Assembly: GCA_965153455.1 (NCBI GenBank)
Contig: OZ234493.1
Coordinates: 36,322,213-36,386,212 of the forward strand
Direction of reading: 5' to 3'
DNA length: 64,000 nt
Source of the DNA: Sphagnum compactum
Lineage: Eukaryota
The notes beneath the pieces are model-generated. The model had not been told where the DNA came from. It did no database searches and saw only the letters and a program-made list of their open reading frames with translations. Position numbers and translations under genes: made by a program. The stretch's first letter is position 1, and every line of letters starts with the position of its first letter. Positions 11,131 through 24,664 of the stretch are shown here, one piece after another.

Positions 11131-13699
11131 TATTCGACTTGATACCCGTCGATGCTTTGATGACAACGAAACACAGGACCTACTGTGTTTATACACATTA
11201 ATGAACGTATCCTTAAACCTCACTCACGAATGAGAGCAGCTTAGTTTTGCCGTGTGTACTTTCGCTCACACGATGGTGGCTCTTTCCAATGGTTCCATTT
11301 TGTCCTAAAAGCCTGTAAAGAAGGTTGGGGTCCCAAACTCTCACCCTTCCTTCAAAATCAAAACCATCCCCACTAACAACCCTTTTCTAGTTCGAAATTT
11401 ACTAAAATTTCCTAAAGAGCCACAGCAATGGACTAGTTACCTTCACAGAGAGGCTTTTTACGAAAAACAGAGTCCACTTAGGTGGCTCATAAAAAAAAGG
11501 TACATGCACCTGCTAGGGTTTTCTTGTGTCACCCACGCACTCTCGTAGGCGGCAATGGCTGCAATGTTGTAAGTTGAAGTCTATCTTGGGAGGCTCACCA
11601 CTGTTGCTCCCAAAAAAAAAAAGGCCTGAAATGAAATAATTGTATAGTCTTAGAAAGCGACTGTGTTGTGTCTGTTGCCTGCTGTGATGGCATTGTTTAG
11701 TAAGACGACAACGCTTGAAACGCTGCTCAATAAGGACAATTTTGTAAAGGGTGATTGGCCTCAGGGCAAGGTTAGGTCGTGAGGGCCCTAACATATGAGT
11801 AGGTTAAGGCATTCCCGAAATAATGGTTCCCTGAGGCCAAAGGTGAAATGCCCATTATTTCAGGAATACCCCCGGCCCAAGGGCATTACCCAGTGTAAAA
11901 CTCATCACCTTTTTTCTTATAAAAGCAAAACTGTAATACCCATTTGGTATTAGGGTATAAAAGAAAAGAAGTTACATGAGCATTTTGAAACATGAAATGC
12001 TTGCCTCTTTTTGAAATGGCCTGTCATGGATTCTGGTGGATAGGCACCCTCCAATAACACTGTTGCAAATCACGAAGTGTTTTAGAATCTATGTAATGAC
12101 TTGTTAAAGATTTCACAATGTATTTGGAGAGTGCCTTAAATCAATAAGATTCTCTTGTGACAAAGGAGGTCATCTTAGGTTTTTGGGTGGGCTCTTACAT
12201 TTTGTAAGGGCCTATTGTATTTTCTTTGCGTTGCAGATATCCAATCAATAGTTGAGTGGTCGTTACACACAGTAATGCCTTCGAACCAGCAAGCTACCAA
12301 AAATTTGGTGCTACCCTTGGCAAACACCTTATTTGTGGTAACACCCCCATCCATGAACATTACCTACCACCTCAAGCTTTTAAAGAAAACCTTAGCCTAC
12401 TAGGTAGACTTCTTAGGAGGCTACTCATGTTCTCACCTTAGGTCCCCAGCTTATATTTTGAACTACCTAGGCTATTCACATAAGATAGGCTTTAACATCC
12501 TTACGGTTGTCATCTGTGGTTTTTCAAATAAGCTTGAATTGAGGGCACCCTCCAAGGAATTTGAAGGGATTCGAATTTTTTGATTTGAAGCTCAAAAACT
12601 TTGAAGAAGCTTTTCTCCAAAAGAATTTGAAGTAAGCCAAGTTTTTGGGCTGAAGGTTGAACTTGTCATAAAGGGCAGAATCGTTACAAGAAGAGCTGCT
12701 TGTTTGCTTCTCCTCTATTTCCTCTGCACTGCAAAGAATGGCGTTTAACAATGGTGACATTCTAATAGGAGAAATGGCCTCATGAACTCTTTTTCTGGTG
12801 TTTCCAAAAAATTGACAGAAACTTAGGACATGGATTTCCTGTTTACACAAATTGTTAGCGAATTTTTCTATATGTTGGTATGGATAAATATTTATCAATT
12901 TACATTACATTTGCCTTATGGATCTAAACAGGTAAAAGGTAAAGTAAATCATACTTCATTTTTTATGCCCTGACAAGGTGCATTCTAGATGTGAAGATAT
13001 TGTTGTTAGTACAATAGAGATTTTAGTCTTCTGAATTTGATAAATGAAACTTGAAAGGCCTAAAAATTAGAATGTTAAAACAATGAAAGCACATCATGAT
13101 GAAATGAACTTTTAGGTGGAAGTTTAGGTGAATAGAATTTAGACTTTAATTTGGGTTTTTAATATTGAACTCTAGGGGCTCAATTTTAATTTTAGGGTTT
13201 AGGTATATTGGTGGTTGTTCACTTGTAGCCCCTTCAACCTCATTTTTAATGTCAGTTTTTGAGGTGAAGTTTTTCTATTTATGTAAGATGTTGGCAAGAC
13301 TTTTCAACTGTGTAAAGCGCATGTATTACCTTCTATTTAGGAACACAATGTCCATAATAGGGTTTTTTTTTTCAAATTCCTCAAGTAGTTGTATTGATGA
13401 GGATCCTCAACATTAATTAACAATAAATGGCATTTTCTTGGTGGGCTAATAGTTTTTTTTTGGAATCCTGCCTAGTTCCAACGAACTAATGGAACACACT
13501 ATTTAAATCTAATGATTTCTAACTTTTTTTTCTTGAGATATGGTGAATTTTTTAAAAAATACTCAAAAATCCCTTTTGGTGGATTGGCTAGCCTCTTTTT
13601 TTATGTCGCTAGGTGGCAAAAATTCGTCAAAAAAACCTGATTCACAATTCATCATAAAAAAGGAGAAAATTAGTCCTTCTTGTGGTAGGAAGCTATCTC

Positions 13700-16400
13700 A
13701 CCCATGGCCTTTCTAATGTCACTTGCATGCGAAGAGGCTAAAACACGTTGAAAAATAATATTAACATGTTGCTTGAAAATTGAATGCAGAAAAACAAGAA
13801 TAAATGACCTCCTGATCGTCTATCATGGAAAAGATGGGCACATTCTTTGATGAAATGATCCATATCATGCCCATGTGCACCATGCACCTCCATGGCCATT
13901 GGAATAAAATGGTGCCCTTCATGAAGCCTTTTATATTTGCGGATATTAATACTGGTGTTAAGTTTCGTAGTTCCACCTACTAGTTGATTAATGACACTTG
14001 AAACCATTGTCTCTTGCGTCAAATCAATAACCATCACATCGGCAACAAAGACTTGGTCCTCATCGGTCATATAAAGATCGGCTCGTAATGAAACTCTTGA
14101 CATAAAGGCGTACCACCACTCTCTCCATACAACATTCCCACTCTTTCAAACGAGGGCATACATGTCTTGGATGGTGTCATGTGTGGCTATTTGTTGACCT
14201 CTAAATGGGCAACGAATTAAATGCATGCCAGATGTGTTTTCTTCACACATGAAAAACTAGATGCCCAAGGCTGAATTAAATTGAGATGAAAATGCAACGC
14301 TAAGGTGAAAGTAGAGTGTGCGATGTGAAACGAATAGATAGATGGATTACCAACCAACCATAGCCTTGCCCCCTTGCTCGAATAAGAACGAATGCGGGCT
14401 TTGGATGCTGAGGAAATGGAGTCATCCTCCAAGATAGACCTAAAGGATGTGTCATGGTGGAAGTCTAATTAAAAGATGATTGTAAACCTGGGGCGTCGGT
14501 AACTATTAGAGTTTCAAAAAAAAGGTGCGTATCCCTAGCTATAGGAGGAAGTCCATTTCGTGTTACATGTAAGCATGACTGAAGTACGTGTGGGCCCCCC
14601 TCAACCTGAGAAACATACTCTTCCAAAACAAGTCTATTGAAAATATAAAACCTAAAGCATAAATACATAGCCATTAGAGCCCAACTCCTTAAAAAAATAA
14701 ATGGGGCATAATCTTCCATTGACCTATACCACCAAAGGATATCAGTAGACAAGTTTGACACTTCGTTAAAGGGCCCTAAAAATACTCCCATGATCTTGGA
14801 CCCATAATGTCCTCACATACTTGCATAACTCTCCTATCGAACTCGCCAAAAGAGATAGGACGGGAAAAGAAAAAGGTATTGTTCGTGTGAAATAAGAAAG
14901 TTCACAAATTACACATGAAAACAAAATGCTCAAAACAATCTAGATGTTTCCTAAGAAAAGAAGATCATTGATATGCATCACGTCCTCAAATAAAGCCTCA
15001 TCTAAAAAATGCATGGCAGAGTCCTAAGAACCCACTAGCACACCCAAAATGTGTAAGCCATTTATGACCAAGGTGCAACCCTGAAGAATCTCTATGCCTA
15101 AAGAGATCCTTGATGGACTCCAAAACTTACACGTTGAAATTTTGACCTTAAGCCCAACTATGGCTAATTGGATCAAAAGGTGGTCAAAGGCACGGATAAT
15201 TTCACTGAAAGGCCCCACAATGTGTGTATCATTTGCTAGGGATGGAAAGATGCACCTCGGGGCCCATGTAATGGTTTTTAGGAGAACTTGATAATGGGCC
15301 AAAGCAAATAAAGGACCTCCTAAGGGGTCACCCTGCCTCGTGCCTAAACATGATTCAATAATGATGACCCCATCCACATGCCACCCATGCTGGTAACAAA
15401 AAGAAAAATGAGCACCATAAAAAAACCTAGTAAAGAGGATAATGTTCACCAAAGGCCCCCCAACATCACACAACTTTCTAAAAATAACAAGTCAAGAAAC
15501 GTTATTAAAAATGTTTTTGATGTTGACCTACATCACGACCCAATCAGGGTGTAGGTCAAAGAGGGCTCGAATGCCAAAAGGGATGGCTTCACAACCTCCA
15601 AGGGTTGAAATTCCAAATTGATGGGAGGATAGGTGCTCCTAAAACAACCCTCGAAATTGTGGAACAATGCAATGACTAATAAGTCGAAAAAACATTTAGC
15701 CCATGACAATAAAACAAAGACCATTAGTGTCCTTTGCCATTGCCAACAATCTATTAGCCCCCAGCACTAAAGCCACTAACTTAGGGATATCCCCATGAAC
15801 AACAATGACGATGACCTGGAATAATTCTGAAAACCCTGAGGATGGGTCCTTTGATTTGAAACATCCCAAAAGATGTTCATATACCATTTCAGAGAGCCCA
15901 CCCAAAGACAAATGGGGAGCAGTGGCTAAAACTTGGGCAAACAAAATCATATCCAGGACAAAAATGTGTTCAAGCTGATAGTAAAAAATAAGTGGAGGGA
16001 CAAAGTCTGAAGGAGGGGGGTGCAACTGGCATAGGGCAACAACAATGTCCTTTGAAAAAATAATTGGCATCATGGGCTAGATAGTTCTAACAACGTGATT
16101 GTACTCACTGGCTCTCCTTAAAGTTAAACATCAACGAAAACGAGTGGTTGAAGAATCTTCCCATGAGTGGAGAAAACGGGGCGCATCTAAGGCACGTGAA
16201 CACTCTTCCTGAAGGGAAGACCAATCGCCTACCATAAGCCTCTTGAGGTAAGCAAAGCCTCTTGCTGACCTAAATAACCACCTCAAGTATAACGCAAACA
16301 CCAATGTGGCAGTAGGAGGAAAAGGAACCATGTTAATTTGTTCATTAGGTTTCAAGCAATTCAATCAAGGGGTAAGTGAAAGCATGCTTAACCTCGTCTT
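13700..16400 (-). mobile_element. Decayed non-LTR retrotransposon, CRE-like (reverse transcriptase plus C-terminal restriction-like endonuclease)
   Basis: Collinear minus-strand fragments: RLLAMAKDTNGLCFIVMG (RT domain 1/2), GTRQGDPLGGPLFAL, PSLANDTHIVG (degenerate YxDD), LHILGVLVGS, GARLWL, CPF...THD (zinc-knuckle region), and RADLY...VADVMVID...IRKYKR...FIPMAMEVHG (PD-D/ExK-type RLE). Many stops and frameshifts; ends undefined. Confidence 0.85.
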
Positions 16401-18687
16401 GGATGGTTCAAAGGATCCTATGAAACAACGAAGACACGCGAAACGATATTCAAACAACCCCAAAATGGAATTAGACTAGGCCCGAAACCAACCCCAAAAA
16501 ACAAGAGGCATAAACTAGTCATGACGACCATGGATCTCTCTTCCCTTTTGTCATCGCATGTGACATGCGTCCTCCATCCACTCTTTGCATTACCTACCAT
16601 GCCAATGCTCGTGCTCCTATTGCATGACTGGTGTTGTGTCTCACTGTGTGCACTCGCTACAACTCATCATAACTACATAAATCATAGCCCATGAGATTTT
16701 TGTAGTTGAATGTTGTCTCTGTTTTCTACAAGTTTTGAATCAGGTCACAACTTAAAATATCATCCAACCAATTAAATCTGTATGGCATTGACAAGGAAAT
16801 TATCAAAAATAAAAACAAATTCAGTGGACAAGGTTAGTATCTTTATTATGTTTTGATGTTTAATGTAATCTCAAAAATCACCAAACAATATGTCAATCGT
16901 TGTTAAAGTAAACACTGGAACGTACATTTTTAACAAAATGAAAAGTTCTCAATATTAGCATGAATTATTAGTAATCACTTATGGCTATTAGGTTTTTTAT
17001 TTGTAACAATTTTTTGCATTGTGACCCAAAAAATGGAATGTTTTCTTTTTTGGTGTAAATTCGAAAATAGTTGCTAAAAATGAAGAAAAGGCCAAACTTT
17101 TGGAAAAAAAAATGAGAAAAAATCATGATCCCTATGTACATATCAAATTGAAATTCTTAAAAATAAACATTAATTGCCAACGATCATTTATGTAGGAATC
17201 TGATAGTAGTGAAAACACTTATGACCAATGTGAAAAACATGATTACCTTGTCATAAACATAAAACAAATTGATTAGGGTGCCTTTCATCAAGGATCAAAC
17301 TATCAAAGTATTTTATTCAACTTGCAAACAAAAGTAGCATTTGCATTATTTGTAAAAATTACAGGATCTTGTTGGTTGGGATCAAATGGAAATTTTAACA
17401 AAGTCTCATTTGCCAATATTTGTTGAATCATGGCTTTTTATTGTTTTGATATTCAAAATTCATGAATGAATATAAGAAAGAAGATATAACAATGGATTAA
17501 ATATTGGAACCAAAAATTGCATACACTTGACCTAGCATGAAAATTGAAACATATTAAAAACTAAAAAAACTACAACATTTTTATTACTTCAACCAATCAC
17601 ATCCAAAAAACCAAGAATTATTAATAAAAATAATAATGTAGAAAAGTTAAACACAATTGAAATCTTTGATAAAGACAACAAACTTATCAATGGTGCAACC
17701 ATGATTGATCTTAAGATTTTCTGTATAAATTAGCATTAAATGTTATGTTAGATATCGCAGGCATTTCACTTCCTAACAACATGAATTAACATTAGAACTT
17801 GTTACAATTTTAAAAAGTGACCAAGCTAGAGTAATTGTAAATAGTTATAGTTTTCACTTATTTATCACATAGATCAAATTAAAAATATAACATTATGCTG
17901 AACTTAACATTCTAATAAACAAAAAAAACCATCATTTAAACTCAACAATCCTCATAATTTCCTCAATGCCTTCCTTTGTTGTTTCACGTCCATACATACA
18001 TACTAAAACTTGGCAATTTCACATCATAATTTGTATACATACTTACTTCATTTCTAATATTGAATATTTTTTCTTCTCTCGAGACCAGCTAGCTTTCATT
18101 AAGCAACAATAAAAGAATAAAGGTTCCAAACATGCATGATAATAGGAACCAAGGTTGCAACAGTGCTGCTGGTACCTGCCTGACTCTGCAAGGGGTAATG
18201 TACTTGGTAAGCAGTAAGGTGGGTAGCCCATGGTCAGACTGGATCTTCTTCTTCGCAGGCTCATGTTTGATGGTCAAGGTCGGGTCAGACTGAACGATCG
18301 TCTACTAAATTCCGAGAAAATTTTCGATTGAAGTCGGCAGAGACCGAGGATGAGTGTTCACGACCTTCAGAGATTTTTTTAGTAGAGCTCGACCTGAAGG
18401 GAGAGTTTTTGTCGATGAATTGCTTAGTAGGCAAAGATCTCGGTCGATGACCAGCTTTGGAGAATTTTCATCTTCTTTCTTTCGTCAATTGCAGTAGCCT
18501 GAAGAATTCGAGGTCGACCTGACGACCTTGCAGTACGATCTTATGTCAGCAACGGGTAATCAGCAGCTAGTCGCCACTCAGTTTTGGGTCTGGTTGCTGC
18601 AGGTGGAGCGTCTACTGCACAAATGTGTGTTGTAACTTGTACAAACCCTGATAAGCTGACGAAGAAAGGAATTAGGAAAGGAACGAA

Positions 18688-18780
18688 CACGTGCTATTCA
18701 ATGGTCGTACGTGACGGACCGTATCATGATCTTCTGTTGATGGTCTAGTTCTAGATAAATGCAAATTGTAGTATATATGA
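18688..18780 (+). promoter_or_regulatory. Putative P450 proximal promoter: G-box, ACGT core and TATA-like element
   Basis: CACGTG at 18688-18693, TACGTG at about 18708-18713 and TATATAT at about 18773, 230-315 bp upstream of the ATG. These short motifs may occur by chance. Confidence 0.3.
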
Positions 18781-19002
18781 GTAGCAGATTGGACGAGTAT
18801 TACATCTGCGCCGACTTGCGGGTTATCCAAGACAGGATCAAGACTCAAGAGTTCTAACTGGTAATGAGGAGTTGATCTGTAGAGAGATTAGATTTGATTT
18901 GACTCATCTTGAAGCTCAATAGTCCATCAACCAGCTGTTCTCGGAGATTGAATTCTGAGTTGATACAGGAGCGGAGCTCGTGAGCTTGAGGGTTCATACA
19001 AA

Positions 19003-21141
19003 ATGGACAGTAGTACTGTTGCGGATCGGAGCAGATCATCACTTACGGCATGGTGGTGTGATCGGGAGTACCTGCTCGTCGCGGGTCTTGTGGGCATTTT
19101 TACTCTAGTATTGTTTGTGAAGCTGTTTTCTGCCGTAGCTGGGAAAGGTGGACGACGTAAGCTCAAGCTTCCGCCTGGTCCCACACCTTTGCCCATCATC
19201 GGCAACATGCATCAATTCGGCGACAAGCCGCATATCAGCCTGTCGCACATGGCTCAGAAATATGGTCCCATTATGTACCTCAAATTGGGTACCCAAGGTG
19301 TCGTCGTTGCCTCCACAGCCGAAGCTGCTCAAGAGTTCGTCAAGGTGCAGGACAAAATCTGGGCTGGACGACCGGCGCCGCCAGGTTCTGACATCTTCTC
19401 CGAGAACGTAGCCAACATCGTGTGGGCTCCGTACGGTCCTTACTGGCGCCATTTGCGCAAGATCTGCACCATCGAGTTTTTCACCGCTAAACGCTTGGAG
19501 TCGTTCCGTCCTCCCCGAACGGAGGAGTTCAACCGAATGGTGAAATCCATTATGGATGATGTCAACGAAGGCAAGCCGGTCGTGGATCTAGCAGTGAAGA
19601 TTAATCATTTCGCTTTCAACAATGTCACTCGCATGTTGTTCAACAAAAGGTACGAAGTTCCAACACAATATATATTGAGCTGTTTTCTAGGACGTTCTTC
19701 TTGTTCCTGATCGATCATCGAAGTACACTAGGGCGCTGTGAAGAAATTGGTGGCATACTAGATCGTAATCGAATCCGCTCTCTCTGCCATCATCAAGTTC
19801 TGAAGTTTCTCACTTTGCATTTCTGAGTTTGGGATTTGCGGTCAGATTTTGTCGAGAAAGAGATATTAGCTGCTGGGGGGATGATCATGTGTGAGTGAAT
19901 TGTTCCTGCAGGTTCTTTGGGGTCAACACATCAGCGCAACAGGAGGCTTTCAAGTTCAAGGAGTTGATCTTCAAATTTCTCTCAGTGGCAGGAACGATAA
20001 AAATCGGCGATTATATTCCATGGCTGAAGTGGGTGACCACCGTAACAGGTTTCAAAAGGTACATGAAGAAGGTGAAGGCAGATGTTGACGACATGCTCCA
20101 GGAGTTTCTGGACTTCAAGAAGAATGGAAAGAGCATGAATGCTGCGCCTCAAGCTGCTGCCGATAGCAAGTCTCCTGAGCAGCATCGCGACGACTTTGTA
20201 GATATTTTGTTGCAACAACCTACAGAAGATGGAACCGGTCGTCTTTCTGACACTACAATCAAAGCTTTGATCCAGGTGCAACATACACATCCTCATTTCA
20301 AACATGCAGCTCCAGGATCTCCAGAGCTTCCCAAAGCTTGCTGGCAGTAGAGTCAATTTTTTGCAATTCTAGGACCTTGATAAGATCTGCTCCCAGAGCT
20401 ATACTATCAGCTGGAAGTACTCGTGGCGATGAAACCATTGAAGTCTTATAATAATGCTCCTCCGTGTACTAAGTTTGTTGTTTGTCTGTTTTTTTGCTAT
20501 AAATGCGATTCTAGGACATGCTTGTTGCCGGAACAGAGACGTCATCAAACACAGTAGAATGGGCAATAGCAGAGATGATCCATCACCCGGAGTATGCAGA
20601 AAAGCTACATGCGGAACTGGACAGAGTAGTGGGAAGGGAGAGAGTTGTAAACGAGACGGACATACCCAATCTGCCATACTTGAATGCGGTGGTGAAGGAG
20701 ACGCTGCGCTTGTACCCACCAGCCCCTCTCAATATTCCGCACAAATCGCTGCAGGACACAACCGTGGCAGGATTCGATCTACCGGTCAACACGCAACTGA
20801 TAATCAACATCTACGCCATCCAGCGAGACCCTAACTGGTGGGAGAAACCTCTGGAATACGATCCCGAGAGGTTCATCAAGGACCCCGAGATCACTGTCAC
20901 TGGAACCCATTTCCAATTGATTCCTTTCGGTGCCGGCAGGCGGCAATGCGCCGGCATGCCGCTGGGCATTCTGTTCGTGCAAATCGGTTTGGCTCGGCTT
21001 ATGCAGAGCTTTGAATTCGCGTTGCCTCCTGGTCAAGACCCTGCTACCCTTGACATGTCCGAAAACTTTGGTCTTACTATGCCTAGGAAAACTCCATTGC
21101 AAGCTCTTTGTAAGCCTCGGTTGCCCAAACATCTCTATTGA
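19003..21141 (+). CDS. Cytochrome P450, CYP71 clan (A-type), about 545 aa; exons 19003-19649, 19912-20275, 20515-21141
   Basis: N-terminal membrane anchor, PPGPTPLPIIGN hinge, WRHLRK, I-helix AGTETS, ETLR, PERF and heme motif PFGAGRRQCAG. GT-AG introns join in frame (1638 nt). Family below clan level not assigned. Confidence 0.96.
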
Positions 21142-22057
21142 AGAAAATTTGTTAGCTAGTGATCCAAGTATCTCTAGTGAGGTAGCTGGTCCAAATTATG
21201 AAACTTCAATGCTTTTTCTAAGATACTTTCATTTTGACTCCAAACATGCTTTGATCCTACTTGAAACTAGAGAGATAAAGATCTTCTTTCGTGTGAAGGT
21301 GGCTATGTACTAGTAGGTATGCTATAATATTGTAGTCAATGTGCAAGTGTGAATGGGCAACATTAAATTTCTAGCTGAGAGATATCAGGAAGAGAAATTT
21401 TGTGAGACATTGTAAGCCCACGAAGAACATCAATACATGGTGGCTTTTGAAACTCTCATGCCAGCATTTGCTTTCTCTGACCAATAGTGTAACATGTATT
21501 GGCATCAAATTTGCTGCATATGGAAAGAGGGTAGGAGGTCAGATGTTAATATGAGTTGTTAGACAGAGCTGTTTTGTGCATCTCTGCAAGTTGCATTACC
21601 TACAACACTTGGGTTGTGTGTTCCCTAGGACAAAGGTAGATGGTCAATTGTTGTGTATGAAAGAGATTCATAGATCAGAGAGAAGGTTGGGTGAAGAAGT
21701 AGAATCGCCTCCATTTTTTGTGACAATTGCTCCAAGATGTCAAATGCACAAGTCCATGGAATGGTGATCAGGAAGTTCTGAAGCCATTTTCCTTTATATA
21801 GTATATACATCACAATCTGTCGCAACTGTAGGATTCCATTCAACAAGCGACCAGGTCTTTTAACTCCTGATCTTGGCAGTGAGAAAAAGTTGTTGTCTTG
21901 TATTAGAGTTGTTACACATTTTGAGTCATCACCTTTCGCTTATCAAAGAGATTTGTTGGTAAATTTGTTGGTGGAAATTAAGTGATTTCTTAGTTTAATG
22001 TGTCAAACTTGGAGAGTATGTGTGTGTTCGGTGAAACTTAAATTAGCTTTAAACTTA

Positions 22058-23085
22058 AATGTGGGCTTGGAGCATGAATGTTCCCATGGCCACTGGTTCC
22101 TCCTTTCTGTTGACCACCTCCAAAGTCTGGGTCAATCCTACACCCAACTACCTTCCAATGTGCAACATTCTGTAAGAGGAAGTTATGATGTGTTCCCAAA
22201 GCAGACTAAACAAGACCGCTGGGCCAGTCCATCCAAAGAACATTCTACAGCAAGTGCAGGCCAAGATGCTTCAGCTGGGTTCTATGGGAAAACTTTCGAC
22301 ATGAGCAAACAAGTTGAACAAAAGGCTACAAAGGGTCTCACATTCATAAGTGTATCGGAAGGCTCCAGTGATGGGCATACACTGTTGGGACTGAATCTCC
22401 CCATATATATGAACTGTCCTTATTGTCGGGATTCAGACAGTAAGCAGGATGGGGTAGTTTTTGCAGGTTGCGTTTCACAGCTTCAACGGATCTTTTTGGT
22501 ATGTAAAACTGCATTGCTCATCATCTGCAGCCTGTGTTTGTAGAGATAGTCTTGTGAAATCAGGTTGACTTAAATCAGAAGTATGGAGAAGTTCTCACTT
22601 TTGATGAAGATATTTCATCAGATCAGCTGAACTGTGCTCACGGTGTTCTTGTTCAGGTCACACCACCATTTCCCTTGGTCCTTGCATCTCGTGCTGTGGT
22701 AGAATTTCAGGTTTGCCAACATTTGTACCTGCTGTATCCCTCACAAACTTTATGATCTAAATGCCTGTTTCAATGATGGTTGGATGCAAAGTTTTTTAAT
22801 GTTGTTAGGAAGTTCTGTTATACTGTGGGTGAATCTCATATTCCGAGTGCATCAAAGCAGGCAAAGGCTGGTATGGAGTTCCAGAGTGGTTCTGAAGTTG
22901 TACTACCAACGGACAGCTTCCTTAGGCTGCGACTGCCATTTGTTTATTACACGGAAGGGCAAAATGGTGTTCGAACACCTCTTTTCTGCAACAAGGAGAA
23001 CCCAGAACGCACTGCTCGGCTTCACAAGTGCAGCGCGATATATGTGATCTCAGGAGGGGGTGATGCACTGGTGCGAGCTGGCTAA
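22058..23085 (+). pseudogene. SMG8: 5'-truncated fragment of the nonsense-mediated decay factor SMG8 (last three exons)
   Basis: VGLEHECSHGHWFLL...LNLPIYMNCPYC...SQLQRIFL (to 22498), VTPPFPLVLASRAVVEFQ (22657-22710) and VVLPTDSFLRLRLPFVY (to 23085) match the plant SMG8 C-terminus. Only about 0.9 kb separates this from the P450 stop, too little for the large N-terminal part. The last acceptor site is ambiguous. Confidence 0.8.
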
Positions 23086-24664
23086 GTGAGACAACATAGA
23101 AACAGCAAGCAACGAACCATTCTGGCAACAATGAGGCCATATGTGAAACTTGATGCAGGAACAGTATCTCTATCGGATCTTGCAGTGCATTAGAAGACTA
23201 GTATGATTGGCATGGTGGGCATAGTGTTTTTAAGTGCAAGATCTTTCTGGAGGAAGTGAAATACATCATCAGCGTGGATAAATAAGGGTTACAAGTGGAT
23301 AAATATGGAGTTTCATATGGATAAATTTGGAGTCTGGTACAGAAATATCTATGGAGCCCATGTTGCGGTATGTCCAAATGTGCCTGCCTGCCTTGGTGAA
23401 AAGAACATGCAGGTTTCAGGAACAGAGATCTGGAAAACACTGCTTGTTGAACACCACTCCATTTTGCCAGTCAAGTCTAATGATCTCTTTTGTGCTGGAA
23501 ATGTGCTGCAGTTATCCAGGGCTGTAAGACAAGCAAATTCTTTAGCAACCCTCACATGGATTGAAATGCAGGCTGGGTGTGGCTGAATCCTCTCTGCAAC
23601 AAGCTTCAGCTACAATCAAGTTGTTTGGGAAACAGTATGTCCCTAGTATCCTCTGCAAACAAGGACCATGTAGTGCACTGTAAGATTTCAAAAGATTACA
23701 TTGATGTGACATTGTACTTTTGGGGAGAGGATTAGAGTGAGCTGTGAGTTAAAAAGGAATTAGGAGAAGAGACTAATGCAAGTTTGCCTACAATGGAAAA
23801 GTTGCTAGACATCCACTGTCAGTTGATGGACAGTGCAGTGACGGACATCTGGGTTTCCTCGCTCACTTCATGACTAATCAATCTTTTATGAGAATTTTTG
23901 GTGCCCCAGAAAACTATTTATAGGGCAACCAAATCTTTTCTATATGTAGTCAGTCAGTACTTATCCTATGTCTTTAAGTTTATGAGATCTGAATAAGATG
24001 AACTGTCTACTATGAGTATGAGGAAATTGTGAGATTGATGATGCTTTTTGGTCCATGTTGGAATTCAAAGTGTAACCTGCAAAGTTAGGATTCATATCCT
24101 AAGCAAGTACTAGTCAAAATCAGGGCATTCCTACTCCTCAGTTAAGGGTTGTGGCAAGGTTGCTGCCCGATTAGTTGGAAGCTATTCAGATGTGGAAGGT
24201 CAATTTGCAGAATGACATTTGCCTGATATTGTGACAATATCCTCAGATCAATGTTTAATGGCCTTGCATCAGAGGTGGAAAGGTCACATCAAATTGGGTT
24301 TTGGCTTGGAGATGATAAGGTTGGAAGTTGTGTTGTAAAACCCTGCATTGCATTCAATTTCACTGCATCTGAATCACGTCTTATTACTAATGGCTTTCTA
24401 TCTTACACTCTTCTGCCTTCTAATTTTGAGGTATTCCAGGGTGGCACTTTCAACCTATATTGAAACCAGAAAGTGATCAGTATTAAGCACGTTGAAGCTC
24501 TCAAAATTAGGTTACACACAGTGTGATGTCATTAGTTCAGCTTCTCCAGGATTCGTGCATCTCTTCTGATATGTTGCTATGGTGATTTGGACTAGCATTG
24601 AGTTTATTTCGGTAGAGAATGTTATGCAGAATTTGAGCTTACTTGAGACTTTACTTTATTGTGC

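Noticed and set aside
13191..13203. TTTAGGGTTTAGG near the 3' side of the CRE-like element as a telomeric target
   Set aside because: Under two repeat units, about 500 bp from the last recognisable element sequence, and expected by chance in AT-rich DNA.
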